Under the pieces are notes generated by a model that was not told where the DNA came from, made no database searches, and worked only from the letters and a program-made list of their open reading frames with translations. Shown here in pieces: positions 46,605-58,969 of a stretch of DNA of 64,000 nt. Positions within the stretch are counted from its first letter, which is position 1, and each line of letters opens with the position of its first letter. Both the position numbers and the translations under genes were made by a program. The DNA is from Trypanosoma brucei (Eukaryota): contig CP000068.1 in the NCBI GenBank assembly GCA_000002445.1, positions 160,001 to 224,000 on the forward strand. Reading direction: 5' to 3'.

Positions 46605-47870
46605 TCAGATTACCTTGTCTCCCGGTAGCGTTCCAGCCATGCTTTCTGCATTGCTGGCATCGGCACATTTGCGCTTTATCACTATTATCGTTACCGCCAC
46701 GACAAGGATCAGCACAGCTCCAACAGGGATGAATATATACATCATCAACTTAGCGAAGTTAGCGGCCGCAAAATAATCGCGCGCCTCGTCCACATGTTCG
46801 CGTTCCGTCTCATTTACCTGGAAGTCTTCATCAAGAAGCGTGTATTGTGTGAGGTTGTTGCCCACACTCTTATTCTTTAGACGCGATTTTTTCGTCTTAT
46901 TGATGTTTTCTAATACTTCCGGAAGGGGCCCCACAGTCTCGGGGTTCCGAAGTGCTTCGAAGAGTTCGTACAGCACCCATAGTTGTGTCTCCCCGTCGTA
47001 ACGAATTCTGTTGAGCTTCTTTATGTTGTTTCGAAGCTCTTCCATCTTTTCCATTGTCTCTTCGTAGCCGGTCACCCATCCTTCCCATACGGTGCAGGAG
47101 TGTGGAGAATGGTACTCACCATCTTTGCAGATATCCTCGCCCACCCTCTTTGGCCTTGCTTCAAACCACCTCGACAGGTAGCTCTCCATTTGTGTCACAG
47201 TGACATTTTCGTGAGGTATAGTCTCTCCATATTCATCTTTCCACTTTTTGCAGGATATGACATTCCTCTGACCCGCTGAGAAATTCTTTCGGAATCCAAT
47301 CACATCACAACTCTGACTTCCTGCGTGAACCTCCCCAATTCTGTCACCACCGCAGTGCCAGTTAAAAACTTTGAAGATACCATCGGCGTTGTCGTGGTCC
47401 TCAAGTTCGTTCTCATCACCGAGTGTCTTCGTTGCTGCATCCTTCACAATTCCAGACACCCTTCTGATCTTCGCCACTGTCTGATCTACTTGGTCTCTGC
47501 TCTTTTTATTTGCGTGCGCTTTGGCCTCTTTACACAAACTGTCGATCTCGTTACTGTCACTCTCATTTATCTTTGCATCCTCCCTTCCGCTTTCCTTAAG
47601 GCTCCGCACCCGCTTAACATAGTAATTGATGGCGTCCATGTCCGTCTTGAGGCTTTCCCCCATCTTTTGGACTTCTTCGACGAGGTAGTCCGTGGTTTCC
47701 TCGGAAATGTTGGTGAGCACATCCCGCAACTTGCACAAAGCTATGGCACCTTCTTTGTCAAGTTTCCGGTCCGCTTTGTATCTGTCAATTTTGTAACTCT
47801 CTTCGGAGGCGGAGGCCACTGCTGAGAAAACAAGTAATATATGACCAATGCAAAGGGCGTTGTATGACAT
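46605..47870 (-). CDS. ISG65-like family paralog B (421 aa), divergent from A and C
   Basis: Same architecture: signal peptide, …FNWHCGGDRIG…, …CTVWEGWVTGYEE…, TM (IFIPVGAVLILVVAVTIIVI) and KRK… tail. Roughly 25-35% identity to the neighbours by eye. Confidence 0.7.
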   Translation of the reverse strand: MSYNALCIGHILLVFSAVASASEESYKIDRYKADRKLDKEGAIALCKLRDVLTNISEETTDYLVEEVQKMGESLKTDMDAINYYVKRVRSLKESGREDAKINESDSNEIDSLCKEAKAHANKKSRDQVDQTVAKIRRVSGIVKDAATKTLGDENELEDHDNADGIFKVFNWHCGGDRIGEVHAGSQSCDVIGFRKNFSAGQRNVISCKKWKDEYGETIPHENVTVTQMESYLSRWFEARPKRVGEDICKDGEYHSPHSCTVWEGWVTGYEETMEKMEELRNNIKKLNRIRYDGETQLWVLYELFEALRNPETVGPLPEVLENINKTKKSRLKNKSVGNNLTQYTLLDEDFQVNETEREHVDEARDYFAAANFAKLMMYIFIPVGAVLILVVAVTIIVIKRKCADASNAESMAGTLPGDKVI

Positions 47871-49174
47871 AGTGGCTTATATATCAACGCCAAGGGATAC
47901 TTCCTTTTTTGTTGAGGCGTTTACTATTAGAGCTTTGACCGACCAGACTAGTAAGGGGAACGGAGATTGGGGAGACGGAACGAACGATGATTTTATAGCA
48001 GGAACCAACAACATGATAGTTGGGGGGTGAAGATGCAACGAGACGCACAAATTTCAACCATCACCGAGGGGGAATATTCCCCCGCTCTGTCCGTAACTTT
48101 AACAAAATGTGAGGGGCCGACTCAGCGTTTTTACCACTGTCTTCCTCTCAGGTTATACCCATACACATTATGAAAAGCATCAACATGCAACGGAATATAC
48201 ATCACCTCTAATGACGTTTGCTGAACAATGGGAGGATGTGAATATTCATACATGTGTGCTGCGCCCCCAGCTGCGAAACAGACCACTTTTGTGTTCATTT
48301 TCCGATGAGTGTTGAGTCGTCTGCCTCTAATCTGTTGTCAGTTTCCGTACCGAAAAAAAGGTGTAACATAACGACATTTATGCCAGAAGCTAGAGGCTAA
48401 GCATAAAAAAGATGGAGGAGAAAAGGGTGTTGCGAAGAAATATTGCCTCCACAGCATGTCATAAGGAAAGAGGTGACGAGAGTAGGCGGGATGTAGCGGC
48501 GAGGCGCTTCCACATCCAGAGCTTGTTGCAGCTCGGTCGAATGAATCAGATCACTAGCAATTTTTTTTCTAGACAAAGACGAAGCTTCCTTTCGCAGAGC
48601 ACCGTGATTTAATTCTGAAAGGAATTTCCAGAAGAAACCGAAGGATAAAAAATATTCCTCCCCTCCGCTTTTAGATGGAAGCGCAGCTCCCGTTCTCTGT
48701 AGATCAGCAAGCAAAAATATTACCTTTATGTGGCCTCCCACTGGCCACTTGAATAAAGGTATACGTATAATGATGGTAGGCGCTGTTCAAAAAAAAAAAA
48801 AGCAAAACAAAAACAACACATAGAAAGGTAACGAAAAAGCAAAAAAAAAAAGCAGAAAACGAGACGGAAATGCGAACTTAAGCGTGAATAGTGTGCCTTC
48901 CGAATACAGACTGCCCTCCTTCAATGAGAGGCAGCTGCACCAAAGTCTTTTTGCCCGTCGTTGCCAATAAGTAAGCAATAGTATTGTAACATTGTCCGAT
49001 ACACACAAAAAACAACCCTCCTCCTCTCGCTTATATAGATTATTCATTCTTTCACGCATTCTTTCTGGTTTTTCTGGATTCTTTTGGCTTCACTCACGTA
49101 CTTCGCACGAGGCGGAAGGTCCCCTACATTAATTTTAATTCAACTTCCACCTATGTTTTGTCTCAACCATCCGT

Positions 49175-50380
49175 TTAAAACGGGTCGATGTTTGTCGACG
49201 GCATTCCCTTGCCTTGGTGAACGCTACCGGAGGCCACATCTTCCTTCCTATCCTTTTTGCGGGCTCGGAAAATACAGAACAGTACCACCCCGATCAACAC
49301 AACAAGAAGAGGGATACCAACGTACATCAGCAACTCGGGTATCGTCAACGGAAATATAAAATGATCTCGTGCCCCGCTGAGCAAGTCATCATTGCTAAGG
49401 CACCTGGAGCTGTTTTTGCCCTCTTCCGGACAGTCGGTATCATTTCCTTCCAGCCTCGATTTGGCCTCCTGCAGAGCTTCACCAGCTGTTTTGCCGTCCT
49501 TGAGCATTTTGTAGGCCAAATACACTGAGGTGAGCCTCTTTGCCCCTTCACGGGTCGCGTTTTCTATGTGATGTCCGTTCTCCTCGAGGGTACTTAAACT
49601 TACATTCAGTTCTTCATAGTTTTCTTTCCATCCTTCCGACACGGTGCAGGGGCTCGAGCTGTTTTCGGCGGCGGCTCCACACTTCAAATTACCACCCGCT
49701 TTCTTCGGTTTCTTGCTCTCCCACTCATCAAATGCTTTGTGTAGACGTGCTGAAGGCGATCCGCGGTGATGGGTATTGTCTGTGCCGCAGGAAATTGTAT
49801 ACTTTCCACCGTCAGATTCGTTATTGTATACATCAGTGTCGCAGTGTTGACTCGGTGCTTTGTTCTTACCTTGACTTTCTCCACAGTGCCGGTGCAGAAC
49901 TCCGGAGAGTCCCTTGGAGTCGGTACCTTTCGCTTCTTCTCCCAATGTGGCCTTTGCCGCTTCCTTACTCTTTTTTGCGTCCTTTTCAATTTCGGTATAT
50001 AGCTCTTTGGCATCCCGTAAGTCATCCCTCGTTTCATTTTCCGCCTCTTCGCAAAACTCCTTAAGTTCTTTTTTAGCGTCGTCATCCGAATCTGGATCGC
50101 CACGGCCAGAAAGTGAGATCACCTGACTGCCAAAATATCCTACCCGCTTCCGGTAGTCCTTGAGATGCGTCACATTGTCTTCAGCCTTCTTGACGAGGTT
50201 GTCTGCTCCTTCTGTTCCAATCTTTTGTACGGTTTCTTTCAGTGCACACAACGCATTGGCGCCGTCTCGGCTAAGCTTTCCGTCTGCTACGTGTTGCGCA
50301 TCGCTGCTCGACTCCGCGAGTTTGCCAGAGTAACAGACAAGCAGCACGAAGCCGAGCCCAAGCACAATAGTACGCGACAT
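49175..50380 (-). CDS. ISG65-like family paralog C (401 aa); N-terminal 16 aa and 5' flank identical to paralog A
   Basis: MSRTIVLGLGFVLLVCYSG… signal peptide, …LHRHCGESQG…, …CTVSEGWKENYEE…, TM (LLMYVGIPLLVVLIGVVLFCIF) and RARKKDRKED… tail. Confidence 0.7.
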   Translation of the reverse strand: MSRTIVLGLGFVLLVCYSGKLAESSSDAQHVADGKLSRDGANALCALKETVQKIGTEGADNLVKKAEDNVTHLKDYRKRVGYFGSQVISLSGRGDPDSDDDAKKELKEFCEEAENETRDDLRDAKELYTEIEKDAKKSKEAAKATLGEEAKGTDSKGLSGVLHRHCGESQGKNKAPSQHCDTDVYNNESDGGKYTISCGTDNTHHRGSPSARLHKAFDEWESKKPKKAGGNLKCGAAAENSSSPCTVSEGWKENYEELNVSLSTLEENGHHIENATREGAKRLTSVYLAYKMLKDGKTAGEALQEAKSRLEGNDTDCPEEGKNSSRCLSNDDLLSGARDHFIFPLTIPELLMYVGIPLLVVLIGVVLFCIFRARKKDRKEDVASGSVHQGKGMPSTNIDPF

Positions 50381-50585
50381 TTTCGTTTATAGTAACGTTG
50401 ATGGTACCCAGAAAGTTAGTGCCAAAGCTCTGGTCAGCCGAAAAGCAAAAAATAAAAGATAAAAAAGGGTAAAACGGAGGAAATCGAAGGGAACAAATAC
50501 AACACATCACTTGGTTAAAGTTGGGGGGCACCACACACCACCTCACGAAATGACTTAACGCTTGGCACAAAACCCACCTTTGCTG
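50325..50585. repeat. Second copy of the duplicated ISG-like 5' UTR/signal-peptide block (see 44660-44920)
   Basis: Identical sequence to 44660-44920 read directly from the window. Confidence 0.9.
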
Positions 50586-53500
50586 CAGTCACCGGTGACA
50601 GACACACGCAATTTAACAAGGCGTAAACGAAACTCTCGTTTATGAGCACCCAGTCATAGAGCTACAGAAATAATTCCCCGAATGGCCCTATCTGGAGCGA
50701 CTGCACATACATCATCATCTGTTGTTAACAGGAGACGCGGCTCAGAGCACACAGTTTTGCAGAGGAACATTTCCCGTCGACGAAAAATGGCGCAAATATT
50801 GAAGCGTCATCACGATGAAGAAAGTAACGTGCCCTAGTAAACAACAATATGAATCCGCCGAACGCACGGGATGAATTATGTGCATGCGACGGCTAACGGT
50901 AAGCAGCTTTCACGGCATTTCATACCGTAGCAACACTCGACCCATAACTGAGTTGGGGATCTTCGGACGATTGTACACGCCTGTAAAATGTTTTCCATGC
51001 TCTTCGCTACATTTTTGAATATGTGGTAAAGAGGTGATGCAAACGTATTTTCAATGTCCCCAGTGGTGACTCATAACAACTGGTGCCAGACACATGGTTG
51101 CAGCGTTTGCGTGAAGCGGAGTGCTGAATTTTCCACAACACAGCGCGTTGCGAATGGAGTCCGTGGGTCGATCGTGTTTGCTACAGACGGGGAAATGATA
51201 ACACGGTAATCGATTCCGAAGTAGCAGACATACCCAAGCGCATGTGCAAAGGAGGTGTGTGCAAATAATGAGTACTCCCGTACAAGCTTCAGATTACGGG
51301 AGAAACGCTGTAACTTTATTTAACCATCCCCTCCTTCTCAGCTATCAAAAGAAGCAACTTAAGATATACATTCGCATGTTGACTAGACCATAAAAAGCAT
51401 AACTTCGAAAGGCATAGTCGTATCCACAAATATTAAAATACCTCCAACTAACTGCATCACATTCGGAACAGTAGTAATAAGCTATGTAAGTGAACCCCCT
51501 CGAATCAGACGACATGACTAGTTCGTCCCACTCTTATTTGAGTCGACTTACCTTTTTTTTTTTGGGTTGCCATCTCTTTTTTTTTTAAAAAATGCAAAAT
51601 TAATGATGTAGTCATTAGCAACGACTCATGCTGCAGTTGGCTACCGAATACCAACATAAAAACACAAACGTCACCAACAAAACGTTTGCGAAAGAAATGA
51701 CACTTTTGAAGCTTCCATCGGCGAGTAGATGAAAGCAATATACATTATCTGTTCACTATCTTAATAGTAATAAATAACGCTCACTCCTATCTCCACGTGA
51801 TTAGCAACGCAACGGGACAATACTTCATTTGCTTCAGCAATTCATCCAGCAGAGACATGCCAGAAGAATTTCCCTTCCAGATATCACTGCATTTTACCAC
51901 TGGTACTGAGGTGGGTTATCCACAACAAAATGTTCAATTTTGTTTTCTTTTGTTCACTTATTTCATCAGTCTGATATCAACAGCTTTACCAATCTTGTTT
52001 CTTTTCGAAAAGCCAAATATTCTTCCTTAATAATTACTCCAGTTTCTGTTGACGTCTGAACATTATAGTGGTCAGGGCTGCTCGGACATGCGATGCATTT
52101 TCAATCCGCGTTTAGCAGGGTTGGCATACCAAAGCACATTGGAACTAAGCGCCTCCAGGCCAATGAAATACAATACACCTATATGTAATATTGAACGGAG
52201 ACTAACGGCAAAACAAGCGACGAGAAGCAAAAATTCGCATTCAAAGATACAACCACAACTTACAAACATTTTATTTTTGAAATGCATGTAGCGCGTAAGT
52301 CCGTGTACATCACTACCAATGCGTATGACGACTATTTTTTTTGCTTTCCTTTTTGAGAAGTTTCGAAAGACCAAGACAAGACAGAGGGTTTGCCAGTCAT
52401 CGACGTCATCTCGGAATTCTTCAAAAGGGATCAAGAAGAACAAAATTTCCCCTTGAAGATGAAATTAAAACAAGTTACATGACTCTAAACCACCCCCATT
52501 TACACAACTCCATCATACAACAGCAACCAAAACACTAAAACAGTGGATATCTGTGCACTGACAAAAAAAGAAGGGAGGTGCGAAGCCCAAAGATAAAACA
52601 AACAACACCAGAGAAATTCAAGAGAAACTTGCAAGAATTTGAAGCATAACATGAATTTAGTTTCTTTACCTTTGAACAAATAATTACTATCCCCGCTCCT
52701 GTGGTTAATGCATAGCAAAGCAACTGAAATCCCAAAGTAATTTGGAAGAAAAATACATTAGAAAAAAAAATACAAAAAGTCGGGTTACAAACGAAAAGTT
52801 AAGTACAGCATAGAACACGTATTTTTGTCGTCAAAAAACAGAGTACTTTAGCGCGTAAAAGTATCACAATATCCAAAAAAAAAAACAACAAAGCTGGGCA
52901 ACACCCCTCTCCAGGAAAACAATTCTACAGCTGATGCTAACACCGAAAAAAAGAAAATCAAATGCCACACACACAAAAAAAAATACGTGACAGGATCACA
53001 AGCGAGTTTCTCTGTTCTCTTGCCGCACTTTTTTTCCGCCAATCTTTGATTCGGAAAAAAAAATCAGCGGCAATATCCCACATGATAACCATTCATTTCC
53101 AACGGAAGGTGAGAATACCCAACACTTTATTCGGTATTATTTTCCAAGCAAACATACTACCCACGAATAGTAAAAGCGATAGACAGCTACAAGTGACTTC
53201 TGTGCGTTGCCTAGACAGCGACAACAGAGTAAACCAAGGAAAACGTGGAGCAAAATACCGGATAAAAATACATTTAATTGCAGGAACATAATAATATTCA
53301 TAGCGGTGGTAACAAGGCAGATAACGTATCTACTGTTTATTGTTCCAATCCAGTTATACAGTTATTTCACCGCAAGGACATGTTAAAGCGAATTATACGC
53401 TATCACTTAACAGCATATATATTCGTTTACGGAATCTATCGAATATTATTTTCTACTTTCGCACAAATTTTTGAAGGGAAAATGCAAAAAAATAGGAGAA

Positions 53501-54052
53501 AAAAGTACACATGAAACGATGTAACTTCGCTGTGAAATTTGCCAAGCACCAGCAACTTCTCCCTTAAAATCAAGAAACTTAACAAATATAAAATGCCGGA
53601 AACGTGCAATTCAGACATTTAACAAATCACCAAAGAGGACGAGACAGAAAAAGACAACAACAACACCCACGCTAGCAAATAACAACGTTACGGCACTTCC
53701 TGTCAAGAAAAACCACGCGCAGTCTTTACAAACAGTGGGCCACACCAAACGAATGCAGGATTCTGAACGGAGGGTGCAAAAGCATCCCACGAACATGGAG
53801 GACGCCGACGCACCCAAGCGGGCCGCGCCTCCGGGCCCTCAACGCGGACACGTAAAGGTCCGAATCCACGGAAACGAAGTTCCCATACAAAAGCGTGGGG
53901 TCGAGACACGCAACCGGGGAGTGGTAACAACCAGCAACCCGGTCCCCTCCACTGCAGCATAAAGCCGTCACACGCACACGAAAGCACGGCGACCAGCGGT
54001 CCACGCCTGCTACTAGTCACTTCTGTGCTGTAGGCAACTCGCACCGCTGCCC

Positions 54053-54074
54053 GTGTGTGTGTGTGTGTGTGTGT
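54053..54074. repeat. (GT)11 microsatellite inside the GC-rich island of the divergent strand-switch region
   Basis: cccgtgtgtgtgtgtgtgtgtgtgtagcc read directly. Confidence 0.95.
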
Positions 54075-56761
54075 GTAGCCGCACTGTTTTTATAACAGCG
54101 ACTCAAAGGCGGAGCCGGGCAAACCACCCGCTGCTGCCTCCCGCTTTGACTCCGATTACTGCCTTTTCCAAGCCTCTGGAGGCGTTTCAGCCGCTCGCAG
54201 GCTGCTGGGGCACACTCACTGGGAGGTCATAGCGCCCCGCAGCATGCCGCGCAGACGTCCCCGTTGGCAGCAGTGGCGCGCTAACGCCACCAAGGGGCGG
54301 GATCATTACTTGGGGCTTACGCGCTCAAGTTCATCAATGCTCCTGGTGGCACCGTTCTCACCAACCCCGGGCAAACATATTGAAAACCCTGGAAAAAAAA
54401 AGGAAAAATCACTTCTCTACTGCACCGCCGAAAATCGGCTGACGGTGAAATCTTCTGGAAGGATTCCCCACAAAGCCTGGTGCTAACTGTCCGAGTAGGG
54501 CCGGTGTAAGTTCCAGGCGCAGCGATGTGCGGGCAGCCAGCGTCTTCCGCACAGTGGAGAATGTGAGGAACCGGACCCGCCTTCTACTAGGGGGTGTCCT
54601 GAAGTATGATTCGATTTAGTGTTAGTGGAGCATCGGTACCTTGCCCCACTGAGAAACCGAATTTTCGATTTCGGTTCCAGCCGGGGTTGCATGGAGACAT
54701 AGTACCCAACGAAATGTGGGATACCATGGTAGTAGAATAACAGCGGGTGCTGGTTTCTCCGATGCATCACAAGTCACTGGCGTGGATGGCGCAGTTGGAC
54801 AACAACACCTTTTTGTTTTGCTTTGCGGGAGTTGCCTTTGGTCAGCTCGGCGGAACTTTGTTTGTAGAGAGGACTGAAACGGCGACTGTAAAATGGAGCA
54901 GTCAACGTACGTTCGTACTCCCACGAGGCGTTTAGTTGTACTGCACAACGGAACGAACGACAATCTCCTGGCTGGAGGTTCTGAAAAACCGGATTGCTGT
55001 TGAGTAGTTTACTTGGCAGTCGGCGGCACGAACGTTTTTATTATCCATCGGGACGTAAATGACAGTCATGCTCTTTCTTTAGTTTAGTTGGCACCATCTC
55101 TGATGAGGGCAAGTATGTGGGGCATAATCTTTCGGATGAAGTTCAATATTTCTTCTTGTCGTGGCGCATAAGGGTGAAGTTTTTTTTTTTTTGACCAGTG
55201 CCATGGACTAGGGAAGCATTATCGATAGCTTTAGTGGAAACCCAATTACTTTTCTGAGGAGACTGATTGCTAACACGAAGGCTACTGGACACAATATTTT
55301 CCCTGCGTCTGTATCTCCTGAATGACTTGTCTTACAATTCTTAGGAGTGAATAAGCTCAGTTATGGAAGGCAAGTTATCCAAATCTGAGTGGAACTGACA
55401 CTACATTGTTTTCTGTAACGCGGCTGCGTGGGATACTAGGACGTTGGTGTTCCAGTGCACGTAAGAAGTCGCCCTTTCTACCGCTGATTTTTTGGACCAA
55501 TTTTCGTAATCGGTGTGTGCATAAGGAAGAGTGCAGCTACTGGCCATTATGAAGCGGTTATTCATGAACTTTCAGTGTTACCTTTTGGAGGGTCCACACT
55601 AAAGACCTCAGGGGGATTAGGCCACTGCGTTTGTACTGACAAATGAAGATCTTTTGATAAAATTTTATTTGCTACCTGGGATTTCAGTTTCAACCCGGTG
55701 GCTTCGCCGGTTTCCAGCAGTTAACTGAACAGCACTTTGTCTTCCGAATATATGCTCCAATGTTCTCGCGACAGGACAGGTTTGCGACACGGAGAGTTAG
55801 TTGCATTATGTTGTGTATTTTTAGGAGGATGTTTTCCTCTTTTTACGCTATCAATAATACAACTAGGGTTCGCTTAACCTGCAAATGGTCACAGGGTTGA
55901 TTTCTGCTGGAGAGTAGCGGTGATTTAACTGCAGAGTGATAATGTAAGAAGCACTAAAAGCCTCTTGACCAAACCGAAAAGTTAGGCCGCACCCCACAAT
56001 CAGGGACACTGCCTGCATATGAAAGATACGCAGCATTTATATCTACATGCTGGGGCACAATTATTTTGCTGAAAGAATTCATTACAAGGATCTCGCTATC
56101 CAAAGTGGCGCATGCGGGACGGACCCCCGAAGATATTCGTTTCCCCGGCGTACACAAAGACATTCGTGGGTACAGATACGTAGGAGAGTACACGTATCCG
56201 TTACTGGAGTTGGGTCCAGTTACTGGTGGCAACACCTTTGGTTGTTATGTTACTACTTACGGCACTCCAGCCACTTTTAATATCGGAGGCAGCTGCGACA
56301 ATTCGGCTTTGGCAGACTGAACCACGAGTCCGTAATTGTTTCTGTTCGTTGGATTGTTTCACACACGTTTCCCTTTCACCACCGAGGTAACTCAACGGAT
56401 GCTTCATGAAGTTAGAACGAGCGCTAAGACTAGGTAGGGGATTACTTTCCAGATGTGGGTTCCCCCAGCCAAAAGAAAGTTATTATGATATGGGGCACGG
56501 TGGTAGATTTGTTTTCTTTGCCTACTCATTGATTGCTTTACCACACATTCATTTTGCGTTGCATCGCCTTGTCATCAAAGATAGCAAAGAACTGCCGAGA
56601 CATATATTCAGGGTAAAGAAAGAAGTTTTGCACTACTTGTTTTGTCAGGTTGCAGCATCAGTGATGTATACATGATATGAAGTGTGAAGAGGCAATACCC
56701 ACTCTTCCCACTTGACTTCGTGGAGCCGAAAAGATACTAATAACCTGAATATACGTGACTC

Positions 56762-56795
56762 GAGAGAGAGAGAGAGAGAGTGTGTGTGTGTGTGT
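56762..56795. repeat. Compound (GA)9(GT)7 microsatellite
   Basis: gagagagagagagagagagtgtgtgtgtgtgtgt read directly. Confidence 0.95.
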
Positions 56796-58969
56796 ACAGT
56801 TATATTCTTTTCATTCATGGCGTTGGACAATGGAACATCAGATGGAGGATGACCGTTTCGCTTAAGAAGATGTGCAGATTCGACGCAGTGTTTGCCTTGG
56901 CTTCTGTTTCGTTTGTGGGAAAGGTATATAATAAAAATAATGCCAATGAGATTAATAGAGTCCTTTACAATCGCGAACATGGATTACTTTTTAACCGGCA
57001 CTTGGTTAGAAGTTACGGGAAAAGGTTCGATTTATGCAATCGCACAAGCACTGGACCGTTTTTGGAATTGGAGCCACGAAAATTCAGCCGTTTATTTTTC
57101 CCACTAAGTTGCTACGCTCAGCTCTGTTTTTTTCTTCCTTCCACATTTCCGATATGGCTTGCAATTGCTTGAAAGGCCTGCCATTTGCTTTTAGGTTCTT
57201 TTCATATATGTGCTCGTATTTTTTTTGATGGAGGTGGTTCCCACCTTCCGAAAGTCGTGTTTGCCTTCACTGAGGCCCCTCCGCCATCTAACGCACTTCG
57301 AATGATGGAGCTAGTGTGGTGAATATGTAGGTTAGCGTTTTCCACTCCTTTACTGTTGGCTAGGTGACGAGAAGTTGGGGGTTACATGCGCGTTTGTCCT
57401 TTCGTTAAGACAATGTAGTTGCGACATTGAGAGATCTTTTTGTCATAAGCGATACCGTCATCCTTGGTAGTCAAATGGTTGGGATTCCTTCACAACACGG
57501 AATTGGGACGCCCCGGGACAGACGCGTTCTCGGAACAAGACTAGGATTCTGCATGCCATGTTTAGCGACTGCGTAGTGCTACGGTATTTGGGTGATCGTT
57601 TTTGAAACTGCCCCTACTTAAATTTTGTTGTGAGGGTGTCGTTCCTAGTTGGAACATACACTAGCGGCTGCTAGGCTTCGAAAGCTTTAACAGGAGGGGC
57701 TCATGCTAAGGAATTGCTGTTTAGAACAGTCTCCTGTACACTGTACAGTGCACAGAGGCGTGTTTAGTTCCAACCAGACATATGTGAGGAGGGCAGTGTG
57801 TGGATAGTCTGCCCCCGCCTACTGCGTGTGAAGTATCATATCAAGAATGCACGGCTCTCCCCACGGGTTACCTGACTGCCACTCCGTTGGGATCTTTGAC
57901 CATGATGTGATAACCCTTCGATGCACGAACAACATACATCGCCATAGAAATCGCATCAGAACTTGTGACAGTGTTGTGTGAGCACCAGTGAATGATGTTG
58001 CCTGTATGCGTTGGTTTGTCCATGTCGCTGTGCACTTTCCTTTACACACAACACTTCAACACCGCATGCATGTTCGCCTCAACGAGGTGTCCTTTGCACG
58101 GTCGGGTCACGTTTTGGCATCTCGATGGGCTACTTTTTCTGTCCATTTCAACTCGGTCAGCTGGTATTTTATGTCGAAAGCTGTTAGAGAGGGATTGTCG
58201 GGTTTTAAGTCGGGAGGAAGGAAAAAAAAAAAACAGACAAACGTACACCGCTTCTTCCGTATCGATATGTTGGCTTCCTCCAGGCTGCCCGCTGGTTTGT
58301 TGTACCCGAGGGCAGACACGGTGATTTAAAACTCGCAAACGCATAGTACGACGAACCAAGAGCCAAGTAAGGGTGGTGTGAGGAATAGGCAAAAGTAGTT
58401 CACTTTCGCTGTGTCTACTTCCGAAGCTTCTGGGTGCGTTGAATCCCCTCAGTTTTTTCCTTTATTCGTGTGACCTGTTTGCCCACCCCCGTAACACACC
58501 TGATTAGGCAGTTAATGTAATACCTACCTCATCCTTTGGTCGAGCCTTGGGCACTCTGCAACAGATGTGGAACTTTATCAGAGCATATTTAGCTTACTAA
58601 GCGCTTCAGGAACAATCGTATTTGCTGTCACACTGTTTGCAACAGTCGTGAATACTGTCGACATTCCTCCTGGGGGCCGACCTCACAGTATGTGCGATTC
58701 TGAATATAACCAAAATTCACTTACCTTTCCTATGCACAGTAACCATAAGGCGCAGCCCACATGGTCCTAACTTGGGAGGGCTACCGTGAAGCTGCCGTCG
58801 GTCTTTGTGTTGTATACATATTTCTTCCTGCTACTGACTATGTTTTACTTCACCTTCCGATTCTTTTCGTTTTACGGCGCAACATGTGAAAGTGTTGGGA
58901 ACTCAGCTGCTGGCCTATACCATTGTGAGGAGTGTATAGGCTAAGTGTGAGGACTGTGGCGGAGAATAT

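Noticed and set aside
54600-54700. tRNA-like elements (…gttagtggagcatcgg…cggttccagccgg…)
   Set aside because: Could not fold a canonical cloverleaf by hand (no 7-bp acceptor stem, T-loop not GTTCRANTC). Left only as part of the GC-rich island finding.
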